NCBI GenBank assembly: GCA_036273515.1
Contig: DASUHM010000057.1
Location: forward strand, 1,782 to 65,781
DNA: 64,000 nucleotides
Source of the DNA: Gaiellales bacterium
GTDB lineage: Bacteria > Actinomycetota > Thermoleophilia > Gaiellales > JAICJC01
Direction: 5' to 3'
A program made the position numbers and the translations under genes. Shown here one piece after another: positions 57,581-64,000 of the stretch (the first letter of the stretch is position 1; each line of letters begins with the position of its first letter). Below the pieces are notes generated by a model that saw only the letters and a list, made by a program, of their open reading frames with translations, did not search any database and was not told the DNA's origin.

Positions 57581-58921
57581 TCAAGTCCAGTCGATCTCGG
57601 CTAGGGCGCGTCGCAGCTTCGCGCCGCGGGCCGGGTTCAGCGCCTCCACCCAGCCGATCCGGCCGAGCAGGTGGGCGCGAAGATCGGGCACACCGGCCCG
57701 GTTCGCCGCCGCCGGCCCGCGCGTGGCCGCCTCGTGCAGCGCGGCCCGCAGCCGGTCGTAGTCGTCCCGCGGCGCGTTCGTGCGCGTGTTCACGACGATC
57801 CCGCACACCCGCTGGCGGCCGGCCCGGGTCGCGAGCGCCGATTTGCGCGGATTGAGCCGGAAGCCCTCGTCGGTGACGATCGCGGCGACCGCGCGCCGCA
57901 GCGCAGGCGCCCGTGCGTTGAGCTTCCGCCCGCCCGAGAACGCCAGGTCGTCCGCGTAGCGCGAGTAGGTCGCCCGGAACGCGTCGGCCAGGCCCGCCAG
58001 GCGGCAGTCGAGCCGGTACGCGCACAGGTTGGCGAGGGCGGGGGAGGTGGGCGCGCCCTGCGGCAGGTGCGGCGCCGCGAGCAGCCGGCCCATGCGCGCG
58101 TGCGCCTGGAGCGCCGCCGGGTCGGATGGCCGCGGCGCCGCCGCCCACGCGTCCGCCGGGACGACGTTCGTGGTGAGGCCGGTCAGGTGGTGGGCGACGG
58201 ACTCCGGGTAGCCGGCCGTGCGGAAGACGCCGTAGATGCGGCCGGCGCGGATCGACGCGAAGAAGTCCTCGAGGTCGAAGCGCAGGACGACCTCCCGCCC
58301 CGTGTGCCGGCGGGCATGGGTGACCGCCGAGTGCCCACGGCGGAATCCCTGCGCCGCCTCGTGCGGCGGGATCGCATCGAGGATGCCGTGCAGGATCCGC
58401 CGCTGCGTCTCCTTGAGCAGCGCCTTGGGCTGCTCGATCAGCCGCGGCGGCCCGCCCGGGCGCGCAAGCCAGCGGTAGCGGTAGTTGCGCAGGCGGAGGG
58501 CGGCCCGGCGCTCGAGGCTGCGGCGGTCGGCCAGCCAGGCGAGCTCGCCCGGGTGGAGGTCGAGGAGCGCCGCCAGGTCGGCCGGCGCCGCGGCGGCCGG
58601 CACCGTCCAGCGGGTCGGCCCCATCTCGGGGACGAAGTGCGCCGCCGGGACGTGGCGAGGCGGCTTCGGGAGCCGGCCGCCTTCGTCGAGCGTCAAGAGC
58701 GACCAGTCGATGATGGCCACGAGCGCCCGCGGCGCGTCGGCCGGCCGGGTCGGGTGGGCGGCACGCGCGTCGTCCACGACGACGCCGAGCCAGCGCGGCC
58801 GCCGACCGAGGGTCTCGGCCGCCCGGCTCGCCATCGCGGCGCGCTCCCACTCGCCCGCCAGGAAGGCCGCCGCCAGCGCCCTGGCGACGCCGGTGCGCGT
58901 CTGGCGCGGCCAGCTGCTCAT
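57581..58921 (-). CDS. retron-type reverse transcriptase with N-terminal extension
   Basis: 446 aa from ATG 58921. RT motifs: RLIEQP, GFRRGHSAVTHARRH (NAxxH-like), LRFDLEDFFASI, LPQGAPTSPALANL, SRYADDLAFS (YADD encoded at 57947..57958), RLNPRKS and RQRVCGIVVN (VTG-like). Confidence 0.88.
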   Translation of the reverse strand: MSSWPRQTRTGVARALAAAFLAGEWERAAMASRAAETLGRRPRWLGVVVDDARAAHPTRPADAPRALVAIIDWSLLTLDEGGRLPKPPRHVPAAHFVPEMGPTRWTVPAAAAPADLAALLDLHPGELAWLADRRSLERRAALRLRNYRYRWLARPGGPPRLIEQPKALLKETQRRILHGILDAIPPHEAAQGFRRGHSAVTHARRHTGREVVLRFDLEDFFASIRAGRIYGVFRTAGYPESVAHHLTGLTTNVVPADAWAAAPRPSDPAALQAHARMGRLLAAPHLPQGAPTSPALANLCAYRLDCRLAGLADAFRATYSRYADDLAFSGGRKLNARAPALRRAVAAIVTDEGFRLNPRKSALATRAGRQRVCGIVVNTRTNAPRDDYDRLRAALHEAATRGPAAANRAGVPDLRAHLLGRIGWVEALNPARGAKLRRALAEIDWT

Positions 58922-59146
58922 CGCGGGGCATCCGGCGGCGCGCCCCGACTGCTCCTGTCGTGCGTGCGCGCACCTGCGACGGAGGCGCAGCGAAGCGCAT
59001 GCGATGCGATGTGTGGTGACACCGGTTCCCCCGGGGGTGCCCCGGAGAGACCCGCCAGTGCGGGCCGGCTCGGGACGCGTCGCCGGACGCTGCCAAGATA
59101 CCCCAGCCGCAACGGGGGGTTGCGCCCACACGTATCCTTATGTTCG
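58922..59146 (-). ncRNA. candidate RT-associated structured ncRNA (msr/msd-like) region, boundaries unknown
   Basis: 225-nt non-coding gap directly upstream of the RT on the same strand. It holds several GC-rich hairpins (for example CGCAAC-CCCCC-GTTGCG, GCGTC-CGGC-GACGC, CCGGGG-CAC-CCCCGG) and a possible long-range pairing GTGTGGGCGC / GCGCACGCAC about 160 nt apart. Confidence 0.3.
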
Positions 59147-59884
59147 ATGGTTCTTCGGGTCTGGGTCGCGGTCGTCCTCGCCGTGGTTGCGTGCAGCGCG
59201 TGTGCCGGCGGATCCTCGAAGGAGGCCGCCGGGAGACAGCCCGCCGCGATGGTTGCCGCCGACGGCGCCGCGCCCGTCCAGCCGGTCGCGCCCCGGGCCT
59301 GGCACGTCCCCGCGAGACCGCGTGGAGCGGGCGCCTACCTGATGGCGCGCCTGCGCCGGCCGCTCCACACCCGGTTTGGGATCGTGCATGCGAAGACGCA
59401 GTTCGACGGGCCGGTATGGGTGCCGATCCTGCGCCACCACGGCGCCCAGGCCTCGCTGCTCGTGCCTCTGCGGCCGTACGGCCGGGTCGTGCACGCCGAC
59501 GTCCGCAAGCTCCAGCTGCGCTGGTCGCGTGTCCGCGTCGTCATCAACCTGGCAACGTCGCGCCTCGCGGTCTTCCGCGGCCGCCGCGCCGTCGGCGCCT
59601 TCCCGGTCGGACAGGGGACGGCGCTCACGCCCACGCCGACCGGCCGCTTCTTCGTCACCGACAGGCTCCAGTTCGGCCTCGGCAGCCCCTACTTCCCGTT
59701 CGCGCTCGGCCTCTCGGCCCACCAGAAGCACCTCTCGCCGACCTGGATCGGCGGCGACCAGATCGCCATCCATCCCGGCCCGATGGGCCACGTCAGCAAC
59801 GGCTGCATCCATGTCGGCCCCGCCGCGATCCGCGTCCTTCGCCGCATCGCGCCGCTGGGGACGTACGTCATCGTGCGGAGCTGA
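59147..59884 (+). CDS. L,D-transpeptidase (YkuD) family lipoprotein
   Basis: 245 aa with a lipobox-like signal (VLAVVACSAC) and the catalytic IHPGPMGHVSNGCIHV motif. Confidence 0.85.
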   Translation: MVLRVWVAVVLAVVACSACAGGSSKEAAGRQPAAMVAADGAAPVQPVAPRAWHVPARPRGAGAYLMARLRRPLHTRFGIVHAKTQFDGPVWVPILRHHGAQASLLVPLRPYGRVVHADVRKLQLRWSRVRVVINLATSRLAVFRGRRAVGAFPVGQGTALTPTPTGRFFVTDRLQFGLGSPYFPFALGLSAHQKHLSPTWIGGDQIAIHPGPMGHVSNGCIHVGPAAIRVLRRIAPLGTYVIVRS

Positions 59885-59885
59885 G

Positions 59886-60674
59886 CTACATACCCATCGG
59901 CATCGTCGGCCCGTGCAGGCCCGGGATCAGGCCGGGGTGCGACGGGGCGAGCAGCCCCAGCACGATCAGGGCTATGCCGACGGCGTACGCGGTCGCCCGG
60001 CCGTAGCGCCATGTCCGCTCGAGCACGACGACGACGGCCAGGGCGGCCATCCAGCGCAGATCCATGACCCCGAGGGCGATCAGCGCCACCATCAAGCCCC
60101 AGCAGCAGCCGACGCAGTAGGCCCCGTGGTAGAGGCCGGCGTGGACGTCGCGCAGCGGGCCGCGATAGCTCCCCACATGGAGCAGGACGCCCATCGGCGA
60201 GCGGCAGTGCGAGAGGCAGCGGTTCTTCGCCGGGGTGAACTGGTAGACCCCGACGGCCACGAGCACGGCGGCGCCGACCCAGCGGGCGGCGTCCGGGTCG
60301 CGGGCCGCCAGCCGGCCGGCGACGTCGGCGATGGCGAACGCGGCCAGGCCGAACGCCGCCCAGGCGCTCAGGTAGCCGGCGACCAGCCCCGCAACCCGGG
60401 CGGCCCGGGCTTGTGGCTGCGCCGTCTGCATCCGGATCGTGCGCGCGTAGAGCCCTCCGACCGGTGCGACCGCGGGCAGCATCATCGCCGCCATCATGAC
60501 CGTCCAGAACGCCAGGAACCCGGCCAGGCCGTAGCCCATCGTGCCCGGCACCGGGACCATCCCGTTCGCCTCGCGGATCACGGCCAGCCAGGCCACGGCC
60601 GCCACCGCGATGATGATCGCGGCCGCGGCGCCGCTGCGCGACCACGACGGCGCCTGCCGGCGCGCCTGTGTCAT
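59886..60674 (-). CDS. DUF2182 family metal-binding membrane protein
   Basis: 262 aa with WTVMMAAMMLP, YQFTPAKNRCLSHCRSP and GAYCVGCCWGLM motifs. ATGA overlap with the amidohydrolase stop. Confidence 0.75.
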   Translation of the reverse strand: MTQARRQAPSWSRSGAAAAIIIAVAAVAWLAVIREANGMVPVPGTMGYGLAGFLAFWTVMMAAMMLPAVAPVGGLYARTIRMQTAQPQARAARVAGLVAGYLSAWAAFGLAAFAIADVAGRLAARDPDAARWVGAAVLVAVGVYQFTPAKNRCLSHCRSPMGVLLHVGSYRGPLRDVHAGLYHGAYCVGCCWGLMVALIALGVMDLRWMAALAVVVVLERTWRYGRATAYAVGIALIVLGLLAPSHPGLIPGLHGPTMPMGM

Positions 60675-62314
60675 CCCGCGAGCGCCGATCCGGGCGCGGC
60701 ATGGACGATCTCGCCCTCGATCAGAGTCGCGAGCACCTGCACGTCCAGGTACTCGGCCGCCGCCGCGGCGAAGAGGTCGCGGTCGAGCACGACCAGGTCG
60801 GCCAGCTTGCCGGCCTCGATCGACCCGGTGTCCGCCTCGATCCCGCAGGCGTGGGCGGCGCCGATCGTCTGGGCGGCGATGGCGGTGCCGAGGTCGAGGC
60901 GCTCGTCCGGCAGGAACGGCTCTTCCGCTTCCCCGAGCGGGTCGCGACGCGAGATGGCGAGGGCGAGCTGCTGGCGCGGATCGGGCGTCGAGACCGCCCA
61001 GTCGCTCCCGAACGCGAGCGCCCCGCCGGCCCGGACGATGCTCGCGAACGGGTACATGCCCGCCCCGGCCCGGCCCGAGATGAACGGGAGCGTCATCTCG
61101 GCGACGTACGCCTCGAGGCGCGCCCACAGCGGCGTCACGTTCGCGATGACGCCGAGCGCGCGGAAGCGGGGCAGGTCGTCGCGATGCGCGAACTGGACGT
61201 GCGCGAGCTGGTGGCGGGCGTCGCGGCGGCCGTTCGCGCGCGCCGCCGCCTCGAGCGCGTCGAGCGAGTCGCGCACGGCCCGGTCGCCGATCGTGTGGAT
61301 GTGGACGCCGAACCCCTCGGCGTCGCACAGGCGCACGAACCGCTCGAGGTCGGACTGGTCGTACATGTGGAGGCCGTGCTCGGCGGTCGGGCGGCCCGCT
61401 GCGTCCAGGTAGGGGTCGAGCATCGCGGCGGTGCGGTTCTCGACGACGCCGTCGTGGAAGAACTTCACGTTGCCGCAGGCGAGCCGGCCGACGGTGCCGC
61501 TGCGGCGCCGCTCCACGAGCTCCGCGACCTGCCCCTCGCCGCGGTGCACCTCCCACTCGAGCGCCCCACGGACGCGCAGGCCGAGCTCGCCGGCCCGCGC
61601 CAGCTCCTCGTATGCCTCCTGCCAGGCGGCGTCGACGCGGGCGTCCTGGCAGGCGGTGATGCCGAGCCGTTGGTAGTACTCGACGCCGGCGCGGATGCCG
61701 GCCACGCGGTCGGCGTGCGTCGGCGCGGGGGCGAGGTCGAGGACGAGGCTCATGGCCTGCTCCTGGAGCGTGCCGATCGGCGCACCGCGCTCGTCGCGCT
61801 CGATCCGGCCGCCGGGCGGATCCGGCGTCGCCGCGGTGATGCCGGCGGCCTCGAGCGCGCGCGAGTTGGCCCAGACGCCGTGGATGTCGCGGTTCGTGAG
61901 GACGGCGGGCCGGTCGGAGACGACGCTGTCGAGCGCCGCCGCCGTCGGGATGCCGCCGGGGAAGTCGCTCATCGACCAGCCGCTGCCGACGATCCAGTCC
62001 CGCTCCGGGTGCGCGTCGCGGTAGGCAGCGATGCGGCGCAGGTGCTCGGCGGCGTCACGGCTGCCCTCGAGGCTGCAGAGCGTCGTCGCGTGGCCGCTCT
62101 CGCCGAGATGGCAATGCGCGTCCTGGAACCCGGGGAGCACCATGGCCCCGTCGAGGTCGACGACGCGGGTTCCCGGGCCGCGCAGCGCGTCCACATCCCG
62201 GTCGTCGCCCACGGCGGCGATCCGTCCTGCCTCGATCGCGACGGCGGCCGCGGTGCGGCGAGCGGCGTCGACCGTGTGGACGGTCGCGCCGCGCAGAATC
62301 AGGTCGGCAGGCAT
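60671..62314 (-). CDS. amidohydrolase family protein (YtcJ-like metal-dependent hydrolase)
   Basis: 547 aa with VLPGFQDAHCHL (HxH metal site), HIHTIGD and AFGSDW motifs. Confidence 0.88.
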   Translation of the reverse strand: MPADLILRGATVHTVDAARRTAAAVAIEAGRIAAVGDDRDVDALRGPGTRVVDLDGAMVLPGFQDAHCHLGESGHATTLCSLEGSRDAAEHLRRIAAYRDAHPERDWIVGSGWSMSDFPGGIPTAAALDSVVSDRPAVLTNRDIHGVWANSRALEAAGITAATPDPPGGRIERDERGAPIGTLQEQAMSLVLDLAPAPTHADRVAGIRAGVEYYQRLGITACQDARVDAAWQEAYEELARAGELGLRVRGALEWEVHRGEGQVAELVERRRSGTVGRLACGNVKFFHDGVVENRTAAMLDPYLDAAGRPTAEHGLHMYDQSDLERFVRLCDAEGFGVHIHTIGDRAVRDSLDALEAAARANGRRDARHQLAHVQFAHRDDLPRFRALGVIANVTPLWARLEAYVAEMTLPFISGRAGAGMYPFASIVRAGGALAFGSDWAVSTPDPRQQLALAISRRDPLGEAEEPFLPDERLDLGTAIAAQTIGAAHACGIEADTGSIEAGKLADLVVLDRDLFAAAAAEYLDVQVLATLIEGEIVHAAPGSALAG

Positions 62315-62381
62315 TCCGAGATGCTAACGGGCCGCCGCGGGCGTTCAAGGCGAGACCCCGCCACGCCGATTACTCAGGGGA

Positions 62382-63152
62382 ATGTCAGAGTTCGCCTCCG
62401 AGCCCCTCCCCGATCCCGATCCCGACGGCGTCCTTCTGGACGAGTTCCTCGGGCTGCTGCCGGCGCTTCCGACCTCGATCGGCGTGTTCTCCGCAGGCGG
62501 CGTCGCCGAGGTCGTCCTCGCCGACCTCGACCGCGGCCTCGTGATCGCCTACGCGCCCCAGATGCTCATGCAGCCGGGGCTCGTCATCGTCTGCCCGCTG
62601 CGGGACTCGAGCGGCGGTGGCTTCGACGTGTCGCTGCGGATCGAGAAGGCCTACTTCCAGTCCTCGAACCAGACGCTGCTGCACCTGCGCGTGGTCGAGA
62701 TCGTGCACCAGCCCGGCCACCGCCGCAGCAAGCGCGCCCACCGCACGGACGACGCCGACGCCGTGGTGCTGCGCTCGAAGATCCTGCCCGACGGCGAGCG
62801 CTTCCGTGTGCGCACGGCGGACATCTCCGAGGGCGGCGTCGCGTTCGTGACCGAGCTCCACCTCGCCATCGGCGACCGGATCATGCTCTCCGTCTGGATC
62901 GGCGCCCGCCCGATCACGATGGAGGCGCTCGTGATGCGGATCGAGCCGATGTCGTTCGGCCGCTCGCGGATCGCCTGCGAGGTCGACTCGATCGCCGACC
63001 ACGACCGCGAGGCCGTCAGCCAGATCGCCGACTCCTACGAGGAGGGCGACGCCTCCGCGCGCAACCCCGAGGCGACCGCGGCCCGCGTCCAGGGCCGGGC
63101 GGAGCAGCACGCGCTCAAGTCGCGCCTGGCCGTGCGCCGCTACATGCGCTAG
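62382..63152 (+). CDS. PilZ domain-containing protein
   Basis: 256 aa. RRSKR (RxxxR) followed by TADISEGGVAF (DxSxxG), the c-di-GMP-binding signatures. The N-terminal domain is unassigned. Confidence 0.7.
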   Translation: MSEFASEPLPDPDPDGVLLDEFLGLLPALPTSIGVFSAGGVAEVVLADLDRGLVIAYAPQMLMQPGLVIVCPLRDSSGGGFDVSLRIEKAYFQSSNQTLLHLRVVEIVHQPGHRRSKRAHRTDDADAVVLRSKILPDGERFRVRTADISEGGVAFVTELHLAIGDRIMLSVWIGARPITMEALVMRIEPMSFGRSRIACEVDSIADHDREAVSQIADSYEEGDASARNPEATAARVQGRAEQHALKSRLAVRRYMR

Positions 63153-63189
63153 CCGGCGCACCAGACGGGGTCAGACCCCTTTCGGTGCA
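63152..63189. repeat. REP-like element copy (38 nt, inverted orientation relative to 4723..4760)
   Basis: GCCGGCGCACCAGACGGGGTCAGACCCCTTTCGGTGCA. Its reverse complement matches 4723..4760 at 36/38 positions. It begins at the PilZ stop codon. Confidence 0.8.
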
Positions 63190-63244
63190 TAGCCGGCGCC
63201 CGGCACCCGTTATGCAGCGGTAGGCCGGCGCAGCGCGTCGATTC

Positions 63245-64000
63245 TCAGCTCCAGTGCACGCTGATCGACTGGCGTTTCGTCGCCAGCCAGCACCGCTCGT
63301 GCAAGCGCGACGCGCTGGTGAACGTGCAGTCCCACGGGCGCGACGCCGCTGTGCACGATCCCCACGTCCCGTGGGGCAAGCGGCGGCACCCGGTCGCCGC
63401 ACGCGCGGCCACGCTGCAGGTGAGGTCCCACGCGATCAGGCCCGTCGCTCGCTCCGGAGGACCGCAGCGCCGCATCGTCGGCCCGCGCGTGAGGACGATC
63501 CGCGCGCCCGGATCCGCGACCACCTGACGGCCGGCGAGCGCGCCGATGCGGTACGAGACGACCATCGATCCGTTGACCGTCAATGGGTCGTGTGGTCGGA
63601 GAGCGTTGCAATGCCCCATGAGAAAGTTCGATTGCACGACCGCACCCTTCCCCGGTGGGATCGCGACTGGCACGAGCGGCCGGGCGCTCCATGCGCGGAG
63701 CACAATCATGACTGCGTCTCCGGTCGGCGGCGGGGGCGCGACGCGCGCCTGGTTTGCAATCCGGCGGATGATCCGCGGCGCGGGCTCGGCGCCACCGACG
63801 TGCGTGATCGTCACGGTCGCGGCGGAGCGGTTCCGCAGCGTGACGGCGACCGCATAGCGGCGTCCAGGCAGGCATCCGAGACTCGACGCCGTATCGCCCC
63901 AGAGACCGCTCCCCGACCCTCCCTCGAAGTCGATCGGGGCCGCGAACGGTCGCACGATCCGGGGGTGGTGCACGGCTGCCGTGCCGGATGAGGAGCCACC
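63245..64000 (-). CDS. hypothetical protein, partial (frame open to the window edge)
   Basis: Beta-rich, Cys-containing ORF. The listed start is a GTG at 63973, but the frame continues without a stop to base 64000. Confidence 0.45.
   Translation of the reverse strand, partial: GGSSSGTAAVHHPRIVRPFAAPIDFEGGSGSGLWGDTASSLGCLPGRRYAVAVTLRNRSAATVTITHVGGAEPAPRIIRRIANQARVAPPPPTGDAVMIVLRAWSARPLVPVAIPPGKGAVVQSNFLMGHCNALRPHDPLTVNGSMVVSYRIGALAGRQVVADPGARIVLTRGPTMRRCGPPERATGLIAWDLTCSVAARAATGCRRLPHGTWGSCTAASRPWDCTFTSASRLHERCWLATKRQSISVHWS

Noticed and set aside
57581-58921. RT as a group II intron maturase or a diversity-generating retroelement RT
   Set aside because: No maturase X or endonuclease domain and no intron-like flanks were seen. 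The motif variants (QGAPTSP, YADD, VCG-IVVN, HARRH) fit retron-type RTs rather than DGR (IGxxxSQ) or intron RTs. No obvious template/variable repeat pair is nearby. Profile searches would still be needed for certainty.

Overview
Very GC-rich bacterial chromosome segment. By inference it comes from a deep-branching high-GC actinobacterium-like organism with Mre-based rod growth. No rRNA gene, CRISPR array, transposase or integrase was recognised.

Most of the window is conserved housekeeping:
- 1-27 kb: tig-clpP-clpX, then valS-folC-ndk-maf-mreB-(uppP)-mreC-mreD-mrdA-rodA, a radical-SAM pair, rne, and rplU-rpmA-obg-nadD-rsfS. It ends at a tRNA-Ala(GGC).
- 28-49 kb: more accessory-looking. It holds decayed gene fragments, a DeoR-controlled sugar-like cluster with a divergent APC permease, an orphan gene in a lower-GC patch, an APH-type kinase head-to-head with an ECF sigma / RsrA-like anti-sigma pair, a peroxiredoxin, SRPBCC-MarR, a frameshifted LLM oxidoreductase remnant and a Tat ferritin-like protein.
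- 49-57 kb: zur-LLM divergent from znuACB, a monomeric PheS-like/FDX-ACB synthetase paralog, a frameshifted deaminase, and deoC with one full and one domain-deleted aldehyde dehydrogenase.

The most interesting locus is at 57.4-59.1 kb. It is a solitary retron-type reverse transcriptase with a ~110-aa N-terminal extension. A 225-nt GC-rich structured non-coding region (candidate msr/msd-type ncRNA) lies upstream, and a 54-aa tail-anchored peptide ORF with atypical codon usage lies downstream. No recognisable effector gene is present.

Other observations:
- A REP-like palindrome family (GGGGTCWGACCCC) occurs in intergenic regions, including two 38-nt copies that match at 36/38 positions about 58 kb apart.
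- Several operator-like palindromes sit in divergent promoter regions.
- Very long antisense ORFs in the six-frame track are GC artefacts.

All functional calls rest on motif recognition by eye. No database searches were run.
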